From a virus (Duplodnaviria; Caudoviricetes), in the IMG/VR virus record IMGVR_UViG_3300025889_000166, positions 1 to 52,174 of that record: a DNA stretch of 52,174 nt, one strand, 5' to 3'. Below the pieces are notes generated by a model. That model was not told the DNA's origin, searched no databases, and worked only from the letters and a program-made list of their open reading frames with translations. Shown in pieces: positions 25,440 through 34,065 of this stretch (positions are counted from its first letter, which is position 1; every line of letters begins with the position of its first letter). The position numbers and the translations under genes were made by a program.

Positions 25440-26111
25440 ATGAGTCCTAAGAAGCACAAGCTCGACCACGAGAACGATCTCTGGCTCCAGCAGCCGGGAG
25501 AGAGCCCGCAAGCCTACGAGGCGTTCTGCACGTTTCGCGACCTGCCGCGTCAGAGGCGCACGCAGAATCTCGTTGCCTTGAGGTTGGGAAAGAGCGGGAC
25601 GATCATAAACCGATGGGCGCAACGCTGGTCATGGCACGATCGCGTCCTGCCGTGGGACCGCGAGGACGACCGCGTGGTCCTCGAAGAGCATTGGGACCGC
25701 CTGCGCGAAATGTCTGCGCGACAGTCTGACGAGGCGATGACGATGGCCTCGACTTTGATGGAGCCAGCGAGAGCGATCCAGAAGCTGATGCTCGAACAGC
25801 CTGACGCTTTCTATGATTATTTTATGGCCGACGATGGCGAGGGCGGCAGGGTGCTCGACTTCGACCGACTCGACCGCGTGCTTCACATGGTCTACACGTC
25901 GGCGCGGTATCTGCCGATGATCGCTGAGATGGAGCACAGGGCGCGAGGTATCCGTGGCGAGGTGGTCGAGCAGGAGTTCGGGAGCCAGCACGCCTCGCCG
26001 GTCGTCGGTCGCATCGAAGTCGGGCGCGACACCGCTGCCGCTTCTGAGTTATTCGCCAAGCTGGTCGGGCGCACCGCTCCGCAGATCGCTGTCAGTGATC
26101 GCGCTGGCTGA
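25440..26111 (+). CDS. terS: Terminase small subunit
   Basis: W.QQPGES..AYEAF..FRDL...RW..RWSW.DR pattern; immediately upstream of TerL. Confidence 0.75.
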   Translation: MSPKKHKLDHENDLWLQQPGESPQAYEAFCTFRDLPRQRRTQNLVALRLGKSGTIINRWAQRWSWHDRVLPWDREDDRVVLEEHWDRLREMSARQSDEAMTMASTLMEPARAIQKLMLEQPDAFYDYFMADDGEGGRVLDFDRLDRVLHMVYTSARYLPMIAEMEHRARGIRGEVVEQEFGSQHASPVVGRIEVGRDTAAASELFAKLVGRTAPQIAVSDRAG

Positions 26112-27588
26112 CATTGATGACGCGGTGCTCGCTCGCAGCTACCCTGCGGGCTTCGCCCGTTATGCGAGCTTCGGGAAATGGGAGATCGCGGATCACCTGC
26201 TGCTGATTCAAGCCTACCTGTTAGAGCTTGTTTACGGAGACATCGACAACCTCATCATCTCCATGCCGCCACGGCACGGGAAGTCGATGTTCGTGAGCAC
26301 GTATTTCCCATGCTGGTATCTGGGCACGCACCCAAATCACAACGTCATCCTCGCGTCATACGAGGCAGGGCTCGCGTCGATGTTCGGGGGACGTGTCCGC
26401 GATCTGATGGCAGAGTTCGGCGCGAGTCTATGGGGCCTGCGGGTCCGACCTGACAAGCGAGCCGCGAGCGATTGGGAGCTAGTCGGCAAAGGCGCGGACG
26501 GCACGCCGGTCGTCGGCGGCATGAGATCAGCAGGCGTCGGGTCGGGTGTTACAGGACGAGGCGCGAACCTCGTCATCATCGACGACCCCGTGAAAGACGC
26601 GGAGCAGGCGCAGAGCGAGAGGTATCGGCAGCGGGTCTGGGACTGGTATCTCGCCACGCTGTTCACACGTCGCGAACCCGGCTGCAAGCAGTTGTGTGTG
26701 ATGACTCGCTGGCATGAGGACGATCTGGCTGGACGGCTCAAGGATCGGGCCGAGGAGCAGGCGGGCATCCAGTGGCACGAACTCTCTCTTCCCGCAATCG
26801 CTGAGGAGAAAGACGAGGGCGACGAACTCGGGCGCTCGCTCAACGATGTTCTATGGCCGGAACGCTGGCCGATCGACCAGTTGGAAACGGTACGCGGTAC
26901 CATGTCGGCCTACTGGTTCGGGGCGCTGTATCAGCAGCGACCGGCACCAGCCGAGGGTAACATCTTCCGGCGCGACTGGTGGAGGTTCTGGGTGCCGCCA
27001 GAGCTAGAGGGCAAGCTGCCGCCTGTGCGCCTGTCGGGTACAGACAAAGCCGCTGAGGTCATTGTGCGTCCCGAGATGCAGCGCGTGGCGCAGTCGTGGG
27101 ATCTGACCTTCAAGAAGGGCGAGGACACCGCGTTCGTCGTCGGGCAGACGTGGGGGCGAGCAGGGCCTGACGCTTACCTGCTCGACGAGGACCGCGCTCG
27201 TCGTAGCTTCCCCGAGACTGTCGATGCCGTGCGCTCGTTCGCGCAGCGATGGGATGAGGTGTCGGCTATCTGGATCGAAGACGCGGCAAACGCGCAGGCA
27301 ACGATGGCGGTCTTGGCTGGCGAGGTGCCGGGGATGATCCCGGTGCGTGTTGAGGGCAGCAAGGAGGATCGTGCTCTGGCGATCAGCGCGTACCCGGAGG
27401 CGGGCAACGTCGTCCTGCCACATCCTGCGGTCGCTCCGTGGGTGGTCGATTATATTGAGGAACTCGCTAGTTTCCCTAATGGCCGATACGCAGACCGTGT
27501 GGATTGCACGAGTCAGGCGCTCCGCAGAATATTTACGACGGAGGAGAAGAAGCGCCTCGTCTGGGGGAAGCGACATCATCGGAGGTAG
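26095..27588 (+). CDS. terL: Terminase large subunit
   Basis: SMPPRHGKS, TGRGANLVIIDDPVK, MTRWHEDDLAG, ALYQQRP, SWDLTFK, FPNGRYADRVD; start approximate. Confidence 0.95.
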   Translation: MIALADIDDAVLARSYPAGFARYASFGKWEIADHLLLIQAYLLELVYGDIDNLIISMPPRHGKSMFVSTYFPCWYLGTHPNHNVILASYEAGLASMFGGRVRDLMAEFGASLWGLRVRPDKRAASDWELVGKGADGTPVVGGMRSAGVGSGVTGRGANLVIIDDPVKDAEQAQSERYRQRVWDWYLATLFTRREPGCKQLCVMTRWHEDDLAGRLKDRAEEQAGIQWHELSLPAIAEEKDEGDELGRSLNDVLWPERWPIDQLETVRGTMSAYWFGALYQQRPAPAEGNIFRRDWWRFWVPPELEGKLPPVRLSGTDKAAEVIVRPEMQRVAQSWDLTFKKGEDTAFVVGQTWGRAGPDAYLLDEDRARRSFPETVDAVRSFAQRWDEVSAIWIEDAANAQATMAVLAGEVPGMIPVRVEGSKEDRALAISAYPEAGNVVLPHPAVAPWVVDYIEELASFPNGRYADRVDCTSQALRRIFTTEEKKRLVWGKRHHRR

Positions 27589-27591
27589 GAC

Positions 27592-28920
27592 ATGGCAGTC
27601 GGTATGATGCGGGCGCTAGGCGATTTGGCGACCCGCATGGGCATCTCGGGCAAGCTCGGGCAGACCTACAAAGGCGACCGGGATCTATACACGACATTCG
27701 GGTATCGTCGTGACCCCGACTTCAACACGTATCTCGACTACTACCTGCGCGGCGACATCGCTGCGCGTGTCGTGGATATGGCACCGAAGGCGTCGTGGCG
27801 ACACGCTCCGATCGTGAGAGCCTACGGAGACGACGGTGGCGCGTTCGGTGACACGATCGCGATGCTCGACGACCGAGTGCGTTGTTGGCATCACCTGTCG
27901 CGCTTGGACGAGATCAGCGGCATCGGTCAGTTCGGGGTGGTGCTGATCGGGACGCGAGGCGGGCCGGTCACACAAGAGCCGGTCGGCCTGACTTCGCCCG
28001 AGGACATCATGTACCTGCGGGCATACCATCAAGGCTCGGTCGAGATCAAGGAGTGGGAGGAGGACACCACCTCGTCGCGCTACGGACTGCCGAAGGTCTA
28101 CGAGATCCAGATGCAAGGCACGACGACCGACTCCTCCTCACGCACGACGACAAACCCGTCCCTGCTCGTGCCGTGGCAGCGGATCATCCACGTGGCCGAG
28201 CAGACGATTGAGGATCAAGTCTACGGACAGCCGAGACTCGCTCGCGTGCTCAACCGAGTCGATGATCTCAGCAAGGTTCTCGGCGCGTCAGCCGAGTTGT
28301 ACTGGCAGAACATCGCGGGTATATGGCACGCCAACGTCGGCGCAGACATCGACGTGTCCGACGAGGATCTCGAAGCGTTTGAGGACGACATTCTCGCGGC
28401 TCGGCATGGCCTTACCCGACTCATCCAGACGCGAGGCGTGGACCTCGACGCGATCACTGGAGCGCCTGTCGATCCGCGTGGCGTGTACGACTCGCTGCGT
28501 CAGGTGATCTCTGCGGCTGCGGACATCCCCGAACGTGTCCTGTTCGGTAGTGAGCGCGGCCAGCTTGCCGCCGACCAAGATCAGCGCGAGTGGCAGGCAC
28601 GCATCGCGTCAAGACAAGAGCAGCACGTCGAGCCGAACATCGTGCGTGCGTTCATCGACCGGCTGATCGACTTGGGCGCGATTGAGACGCCCGCAGACGG
28701 CTACGATGTGATGTGGCCTCCGATCGATGCGCCATCGACGGCAGACCGCGCAGAGACGGCTCAGAAGTTCGCAGACGCGATCGCGAAGGTTGCGCCAGCG
28801 GGCGCAGCGGATCTCGTCATGCCGTCGTGGGAGTTCCGGCAGCACGTGCTCGGGCTCGACCCGGTGCCGCCTGAGATGCCCGAAGGCTTCGATCTGATGA
28901 TCGACGATGAGGAGGACTAG
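27592..28920 (+). CDS. Portal protein (DUF1073-type)
   Basis: DIAARVVD.AP..SWR, RYGLPKVYEI, AAADIPERVLFG..RG; follows TerL. Confidence 0.9.
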   Translation: MAVGMMRALGDLATRMGISGKLGQTYKGDRDLYTTFGYRRDPDFNTYLDYYLRGDIAARVVDMAPKASWRHAPIVRAYGDDGGAFGDTIAMLDDRVRCWHHLSRLDEISGIGQFGVVLIGTRGGPVTQEPVGLTSPEDIMYLRAYHQGSVEIKEWEEDTTSSRYGLPKVYEIQMQGTTTDSSSRTTTNPSLLVPWQRIIHVAEQTIEDQVYGQPRLARVLNRVDDLSKVLGASAELYWQNIAGIWHANVGADIDVSDEDLEAFEDDILAARHGLTRLIQTRGVDLDAITGAPVDPRGVYDSLRQVISAAADIPERVLFGSERGQLAADQDQREWQARIASRQEQHVEPNIVRAFIDRLIDLGAIETPADGYDVMWPPIDAPSTADRAETAQKFADAIAKVAPAGAADLVMPSWEFRQHVLGLDPVPPEMPEGFDLMIDDEED

Positions 28921-29100
28921 GTGCCGCTCTATCACTACACCTGCACAAGCTGCGGCAAGAGTCTGGAAGCCTTGCGACCTATCAACCAACGCAACGAGCT
29001 ACCGCGCTGCTCATGCGGCAGTGTGATGGAACGGGCAGGGATCGAACTACAGAAGCGACCCCGCGTGCAGGGCGGCACGTCGATCAAGTACCGGAACTGA
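28921..29100 (+). CDS. FmdB-family zinc-ribbon protein (59 aa)
   Basis: MPLYHYTCTSCG...CSCG..MER; GGAGGA RBS. Confidence 0.75.
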   Translation: MPLYHYTCTSCGKSLEALRPINQRNELPRCSCGSVMERAGIELQKRPRVQGGTSIKYRN

Positions 29101-29109
29101 GGATGCTAG

Positions 29110-29304
29110 ATGTCAGCATGGCACACGCGGACCTACACCGACCCATCGACCGGCGAGATCGTAGCGCGGTACGTCAGCCTCGACGGCGAACTCTGGATGC
29201 AGGCGCTCACCGATGATGATGTCGTTAAGCGTGAGGAGTCGCGGCGGTCTGTCCGCAGCGCAGCACCTCAAGCGGATCAGGGCGAGCGCCCAGCACAGGA
29301 CTGA
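29110..29304 (+). CDS. Hypothetical protein
   Basis: 64-aa ORF with GAGGA upstream; overlaps start of minor head gene. Confidence 0.4.
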   Translation: MSAWHTRTYTDPSTGEIVARYVSLDGELWMQALTDDDVVKREESRRSVRSAAPQADQGERPAQD

Positions 29305-30115
29305 CCCGTCAGGTACATCGGGGATCGTCCGGTCATATCAAGCGGACCTGAAGCGTCGATGGGCTCGGATCGAATCGCTGATCTGGCAGACGCTCGTCAG
29401 GAACGATGCGCTCAACCCGCTGCCCCGTGCGGCGGCGAATCCGGCGCGACGGTTCCCGAGCGATCCCGGCCTCCAGAACGAGGCATTCATGGCGTGGCTG
29501 AACAACGCGCTAGACGACGAGGTACTCGAAGTTGTGCGCGGCCCACAGGGCGCGATCACACGCAACACGCGCTGGCAGGATGTCTATGTCCGCGCAGGCT
29601 TCTCTCGTGGCGCACAGCACGCCGAGGAGGCCATGAGACGCGCAGGGATACCGTTCCCCGAGCAAACAGCCGAGCAACTGTTTCGCATCCCTACGAACGC
29701 CGCCACGCTCGCGAACCTCTACTCGCGTCAGTTCAACGAGCTTCAGGGTATCACGCAGTCGGCCAGCCAGCAGATCGGGCGCATCCTGACGCAAGGGCTC
29801 GCGACTGGTCAGGGTCCGCGTGAGATGGCTCGCGAGATGCGGCGAGCGGTGCAGACGATCGGCAGGAATCGCTCGGTCACGATGGCCCGCACAGAGATCA
29901 TCAACGCGCACGCAGAGTCTACGCTGAACCGTTACGCGGACGCAGGCGTCGATGGCGTGACCGCGCAGGCCGAGTTCCTCACAGCACAGGACGATCTCGT
30001 CTGCCCCGAGTGCCAAGCCCTAGAGACGGGCGAGGCGTTGGCGCTCGACGAGGCACGCGGGGTCATCCCCGTCCATCCGAATTGCAGGTGTGTATGGCTT
30101 CCAGTGGTAGGGTGA
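29213..30115 (+). CDS. Minor head morphogenesis protein (SPP1 gp7 / Mu gpF-like)
   Basis: RSVTMARTE, DDLVCPEC, IPVHPNCRC. Confidence 0.9.
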   Translation: MMMSLSVRSRGGLSAAQHLKRIRASAQHRTDPSGTSGIVRSYQADLKRRWARIESLIWQTLVRNDALNPLPRAAANPARRFPSDPGLQNEAFMAWLNNALDDEVLEVVRGPQGAITRNTRWQDVYVRAGFSRGAQHAEEAMRRAGIPFPEQTAEQLFRIPTNAATLANLYSRQFNELQGITQSASQQIGRILTQGLATGQGPREMAREMRRAVQTIGRNRSVTMARTEIINAHAESTLNRYADAGVDGVTAQAEFLTAQDDLVCPECQALETGEALALDEARGVIPVHPNCRCVWLPVVG

Positions 30116-30117
30116 CG

Positions 30118-30351
30118 ATGAGCAAACGACGGGCAGACATCGGACAGACAGCGAACGAGATCGTGGCCGAGCGGATCGTCGCGTTCCTGAATGGCTCGAA
30201 CTTCACGGGCACGATCGTCTTCAACTGCAACAGCGGACAGATCCGCAACATCGAAACGCATCACAAGACCCGCACCGACGATCTGGTCGAGGAGTACCAC
30301 AACGGGAACGGCAAGGTGGACACTGCGGAGCTTCTCGCGAAGTATTTGTGA
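30118..30351 (+). CDS. Hypothetical protein
   Basis: 77 aa; FTGTIVFNCNSGQIRNIE. Confidence 0.6.
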   Translation: MSKRRADIGQTANEIVAERIVAFLNGSNFTGTIVFNCNSGQIRNIETHHKTRTDDLVEEYHNGNGKVDTAELLAKYL

Positions 30352-30411
30352 TGAACTGACCGCGAGCGTGACGGCACTCGCGGCGACTCCGACTCGAAGG
30401 GTGAGGCAGCT

Positions 30412-31671
30412 ATGCCGTCAGCTTGGACAGATGAGCAGGACCAGTTCATTCGGCACCGCGTGGATCTCGGATATACCAACGCGAAGATATGGGCCGAGTT
30501 CCGAGACAGGTTCCCCGGAGAGCGATCGCTCCCGGCAGTCGCGAAGCGTCGAACGGCGCTCCAAGCAAGGTTGGATAAGCCAGCCAAACAAATCTCGGAA
30601 GACATCACGATCAACGAGGATAAAGACGACCTAGAGATACAGGTCGCAGCCTCGTGCAAGATCAAGACTGTCGATGATCTGATTGCGGCAGCGAAGATCG
30701 ACCTGACGATCTGGGATATGCGCGACGGTGAGGCTCGCTCGCATTACGTGCCGATGCGGATTAACGACGAGCCCATCGTAGTCGAGACGAGATACGTGAG
30801 GGTTCGCTTCCGCAGGAAAGCCGCTGACCTGTTCGATCTCGCGCCAGCAGTCGTCAAAATCGTGCGGCCCAAGATCGCCAGACAGCGCAAACCGACCGCA
30901 GATGTGTCGGTCCACTTCGGAGACGTTCATTACCCGCACCACGACGAGCGATGCCTGTCTATCCTGCACCAGATCCTAGAGATCACTGACCCGACCGTCG
31001 TCGTCGATCACGGTGACACGCTCGACGCCGAACAGCTCGGGCGCTGGGCGAAAGATCCTCACAACCGGGTCACGCTTGCTGACGAGATCCGCATGGGCGT
31101 TGAGCACTTCGGGCGCATCTCCTCGTTGACCCGATCGGACTGTCAGCACATCTGGCTAGAGGGCAACCACGAGGACCGACTGAGGCGCACGATCTGGGAC
31201 ATGGCCGACCGTCGTGCGGCGGGTGAGCTACTGACCCTTCCGACTGTTCGCGACGCGCTCCAGTGGGGCAGCTTGCTCGGGCTCGACTCGCTCGGCTGGG
31301 AGCAGTACCCGTACCAAGCGACACACGACCGCCGCAACTTCTGTCTGCTGTTCGACCGCATCGTCTGCAAGCACGGCGCATCGACCGGGGCGCATCCAGC
31401 ACAGGCGGAGTTCAAGAAGTACGGCAAGAGCGGCATCAGCGGACACACGCACAAGATGGCGAGCCACCATCACCGCGACTGGAACGGTCAGCTACGCTGG
31501 ACGTGCCTCGGGCTCATGGGCCGCATCCGCGAGGACTACGTGGATCACGCAGCTTGGCAGCAATCGCTCGCGGTCGTCACGTGGTCGAAAGACAAAAGCC
31601 GGTGGGGCATGGAGCACGTGCAGATCATCGACGGTGAGTGCCACTTCCGAGGCCAGCGTCTCGTCGGTTGA
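30412..31671 (+). CDS. Calcineurin-like metallophosphoesterase with N-terminal HTH
   Basis: GDVHYP, GDTLD, EGNHEDR, HG, GHTH. Confidence 0.85.
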   Translation: MPSAWTDEQDQFIRHRVDLGYTNAKIWAEFRDRFPGERSLPAVAKRRTALQARLDKPAKQISEDITINEDKDDLEIQVAASCKIKTVDDLIAAAKIDLTIWDMRDGEARSHYVPMRINDEPIVVETRYVRVRFRRKAADLFDLAPAVVKIVRPKIARQRKPTADVSVHFGDVHYPHHDERCLSILHQILEITDPTVVVDHGDTLDAEQLGRWAKDPHNRVTLADEIRMGVEHFGRISSLTRSDCQHIWLEGNHEDRLRRTIWDMADRRAAGELLTLPTVRDALQWGSLLGLDSLGWEQYPYQATHDRRNFCLLFDRIVCKHGASTGAHPAQAEFKKYGKSGISGHTHKMASHHHRDWNGQLRWTCLGLMGRIREDYVDHAAWQQSLAVVTWSKDKSRWGMEHVQIIDGECHFRGQRLVG

Positions 31672-31678
31672 AACAGGG

Positions 31679-31743
31679 TGTTGACATCCTCAACAGTATG
31701 CTTAAGTTGATACCATCAACACACCACCACTAAGGAGATCACG
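31679..31743 (+). promoter_or_regulatory. Repeated early promoter module P4
   Basis: TTGACA 31681-86, 16-bp spacer, TAAGTT; operators TGTTGACATCCTCAACA and GTTGATACCATCAAC; CACCACCACTAAGGAGAT. Confidence 0.85.
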
Positions 31744-31920
31744 ATGACGAACCCGACCGCTAGCCAGACCGAGCAGATGAACTTTGAGATGTTCTGCGAG
31801 CTTTGCTGGAGGATTCACCTGCGCGATGGTGGCACGGTGCGCGAGGCGATGGACACGGCGCTAGAGATGATGGTGGAGACTGCTCGCGAAATGGTCGCCA
31901 AGGCCGAGGGAGGCAACTGA
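31744..31920 (+). CDS. Cassette gene 1 (58 aa, ends AKAEGGN)
   Basis: MTNPTASQTEQ...MVAKAEGGN*; AAGGAG RBS; below ORF-track cutoff. Confidence 0.7.
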   Translation: MTNPTASQTEQMNFEMFCELCWRIHLRDGGTVREAMDTALEMMVETAREMVAKAEGGN

Positions 31921-31921
31921 G

Positions 31922-32128
31922 ATGAGCACCCCCCGAGTCACTTCCGCACCGAACATCGAAGACACCGACTGCGCCACCTGCGGCAAGCTCCTCGACGCCG
32001 ACGGCGGCACCGTCTGGATCGTGGACCCAGACGGCTGGGGCAACGTCACCTGCTCGCCCGACTGCGCCGACGAGGAAGCCTACGCACTGGCTGACCTGAA
32101 CCCTGACACCAACTGGAGAGGGAACTGA
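31922..32128 (+). CDS. Cassette gene 2, small Cys-rich protein
   Basis: MST start from linker; CATCG...CSPDC; ends RGN*. Confidence 0.7.
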   Translation: MSTPRVTSAPNIEDTDCATCGKLLDADGGTVWIVDPDGWGNVTCSPDCADEEAYALADLNPDTNWRGN

Positions 32129-32129
32129 G

Positions 32130-32324
32130 ATGAGCACCTACCACTCATTCAAGGAGACTACGGTGCCCGGTCTTTCCGACGCCGACCGTGGCAAAGTCCA
32201 CGCCCTCAACCCCCAGACGTTCAACGCGCTCTGTGGGTTCACAGGGGCATATCCCTGCGCCCCGCTTTCCATCACCTGCCAGAAGTGCGCGGCGATCATG
32301 GCGAAAGCCGAGGGAGGCAACTGA
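32130..32324 (+). CDS. Cassette gene 3, small zinc-binding protein
   Basis: MST start; VH......ALCG...ITCQKC; ends AKAEGGN*. Confidence 0.7.
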   Translation: MSTYHSFKETTVPGLSDADRGKVHALNPQTFNALCGFTGAYPCAPLSITCQKCAAIMAKAEGGN

Positions 32325-32359
32325 GATGAGCACCGACCTACGAGCCGAGGAGTCGATGG

Positions 32360-32572
32360 ATGGATGAGCACCGGCACGACTTCATCAACCGCAAGTGCAT
32401 CATCTGCGGGATCGGTCAGTGGCGATGCCTCACGTGCGGGCACTGGCTAGAAGAGGGGCAGAACTGCTACTTACCGTGGTGCGTAGAGAATCGGATCAGA
32501 GCTGCGCGGAGCATGGGCTGCTACGAGCTACCGAAAGATGACGCGATGCCAGACTCAACCGGGACGCCGTGA
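32360..32572 (+). CDS. Small Cys-rich protein
   Basis: HDF...CIICG...CLTCG; GAGGAG RBS. Confidence 0.6.
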   Translation: MDEHRHDFINRKCIICGIGQWRCLTCGHWLEEGQNCYLPWCVENRIRAARSMGCYELPKDDAMPDSTGTP

Positions 32573-32814
32573 AGATCGTCACTGCCGACGAGTTCGACGA
32601 GTCGTCGGTCGAGCACGTATTGCTCGCGATGCTGATGAACCTCGAATGGCACGGCGTTGCTCTCGGCGCTGAGGCGAGTTCAGGCGCAGAGGTGCCGCCG
32701 TGTAACGCCTACGTTCTCTGGCGTGCCGTGTGCGATCAGCTAGGTATTAACCATCGTGATAGATATGCGTGTCTAGTAGACGCGGGCGAGTACCGAACTG
32801 GAGGCAGCGGATGA
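32569..32814 (+). CDS. Hypothetical protein
   Basis: GTGA overlap; 81 aa. Confidence 0.55.
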   Translation: MKIVTADEFDESSVEHVLLAMLMNLEWHGVALGAEASSGAEVPPCNAYVLWRAVCDQLGINHRDRYACLVDAGEYRTGGSG

Positions 32815-33335
32815 GAGTCGTAGTGATGGCGGCTACGATCGTCAGCGCAGCGTGTCACGCAGCGGAGCCCGAGCCGGTAGTGCTTGACCCGATCTACGCG
32901 GAGCCTGACCCGATCGCAGAGTACCTGCTATCCGCTCGCTGGCATTGCGAGTTCGATCACTGCGCGGACAGCGACGACATCGACCGCATCGCTGACGCGA
33001 TCCATCGACACAGTGCTCGTCTCGGCTTGCCCGTCGATCTGATGGTCGGCGTGATGATGGTCGAAGACCCGTGGCTCGACACTCTCGTCGTAAGCTCGGC
33101 AGGCGCTCGCGGTCTGTACCAAGTCATGCCGATGCACGCCGACGCTTGGGCCGAGTGTACTACGCCGCTGACGACGATAGAGGGCTCGGTCTGTCGCGGT
33201 GCCGAGGTGCTAGCCGACTTCCGACGCGGACGCACGCTGACGCAGAGCCTCCTGCGCTACAACGGATGCAACCGACCGGGGCCGTGTCGCTCCTACCCAG
33301 ACAAGGTTCTCCGAGAGGCCGCTCTGGTCGATTGA
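32811..33335 (+). CDS. Lytic transglycosylase (SLT domain) with putative lipoprotein signal
   Basis: MRVVVMAATIVSAAC lipobox-like; VMMVE catalytic Glu, SSAGARGLYQVMP, LLRYNG. Confidence 0.85.
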   Translation: MRVVVMAATIVSAACHAAEPEPVVLDPIYAEPDPIAEYLLSARWHCEFDHCADSDDIDRIADAIHRHSARLGLPVDLMVGVMMVEDPWLDTLVVSSAGARGLYQVMPMHADAWAECTTPLTTIEGSVCRGAEVLADFRRGRTLTQSLLRYNGCNRPGPCRSYPDKVLREAALVD

Positions 33336-33351
33336 TTTTTTTTCTCCGCAC

Positions 33352-33418
33352 CTGTTGACACCCTCAACAGTATGCTTAAGTTGATACCATCAACCACCAC
33401 TTACAGGAGACCAGACAG
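33352..33418 (+). promoter_or_regulatory. Repeated early promoter module P5
   Basis: TTGACA 33355-60, 16-bp spacer, TAAGTT; 33 bp identical to P4; T8 tract upstream; CCACCACTTACAGGAGA. Confidence 0.85.
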
Positions 33419-33649
33419 ATGACCGACCGCAACGCGAACCTCACCGCCGACATCCAGCTGGCCGCTGACTTCACCGCCGCCGCCTTGGACGAGACCCGCG
33501 ACACCGCCGCCTGCCTCCGTCTGGCAGCGGACTTCATCGGCTCCGCGCTGGCCCACTTCGACGGCGACTTGGACTACGTGCTCGGCTCGATCCGCACGAG
33601 CTTCGAGAACTCCACCGCCCGTCTGGCTGAGGCCGAGTACGGGGTCTAG
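33419..33649 (+). CDS. Small Ala-rich helical early protein
   Basis: First ORF after P5; internal repeat LAADF. Confidence 0.7.
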   Translation: MTDRNANLTADIQLAADFTAAALDETRDTAACLRLAADFIGSALAHFDGDLDYVLGSIRTSFENSTARLAEAEYGV

Positions 33650-33713
33650 TCGAAACGCCTCGACAGGGGCGTCCGGTGCCGGGTGGCTCCCGGCCCGCTG
33701 ATGAGACAAGCCA
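33649..33713 (+). ncRNA. Type II hammerhead ribozyme with pseudoknot
   Basis: GTC-GAAA-stem III (ACGCCTC/GGGGCGT)-C cleavage triplet GUC 33671-73; stem I CGG.GCCGGG/CCCGGC.CCG; CTGATGA 33698-704; GAC closing stem II; loop TGGCT complementary to AGCCA 33709-13. Confidence 0.92.
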
Positions 33714-33735
33714 TCACCACTTAGGAGATACTGAG

Positions 33736-33990
33736 ATGAGCACCAAGGAATGCTTCTACTGCACGGGCACGGGCGCCATCGAAGTCAACGACGACTTCGA
33801 GCGGACGTGCGGGCACTGCGGCGGGACAGGGCTCGACGGCAACACTCTGCGGGATGCCGCACCGTATCTACTGGAGGCGGCGAGGGCCGTCATCGCTGAC
33901 ATTGACGGGGCTGGGGTGCCGATGTCCAAGTCGCAGATCGACACGAAGGCACTCCGCGCAGCCATCGCCAAAGCCGAAGGAGGCAACTGA
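33736..33990 (+). CDS. Cassette gene, CxxCxGxG zinc finger + AAP.LL...AAIAKAEGGN tail
   Basis: MSTKECFYCTGTG...CGHCGGTG; TAGGAG leader. Confidence 0.75.
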   Translation: MSTKECFYCTGTGAIEVNDDFERTCGHCGGTGLDGNTLRDAAPYLLEAARAVIADIDGAGVPMSKSQIDTKALRAAIAKAEGGN

Positions 33991-34019
33991 GATGAGGGGC
34001 ACGTCATTGATGGTGGACA

Positions 34020-34053
34020 GCCCTCGGCCCTTCGGGGTCGGGGGCTTTGTCGT
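34020..34053 (+). terminator. Intrinsic terminator ending the accessory island
   Basis: GCCCTCGGCCC-TTCG-GGGTCGGGGGC followed by TTTGTCGTT. Confidence 0.75.
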
Positions 34054-34065
34054 TAGGCTAGAGAA

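Larger units (their letters stand above)
31897..33996 (+). repeat. Repeated gene-junction linker GCCGAGGGAGGCAACTGAGATGAGCACC (5 copies)
   Basis: 31897-31930 and 32301-32334 share 28 identical bp; variants at 32115-32138, 33724-33744, 33967-33996. Confidence 0.9.

Noticed and set aside
27592-28920. Anti-CBASS Acb1 (label often given to DUF1073 proteins)
   Set aside because: No appended HxT/HxT 2H-phosphoesterase domain; size and position fit a plain portal
32363-32372. Sixth linker copy GATGAGCACC
   Set aside because: Only 10 bp, lies within the DEH codons of 32360..32572, and its own frame is a short low-complexity ORF; may be chance or a remnant
31897-33996. CRISPR array suggested by ~28-bp direct repeats
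   Set aside because: Spacers are ~170 bp to >1 kb coding genes of unequal length; repeats encode stop/RBS/start; no cas genes
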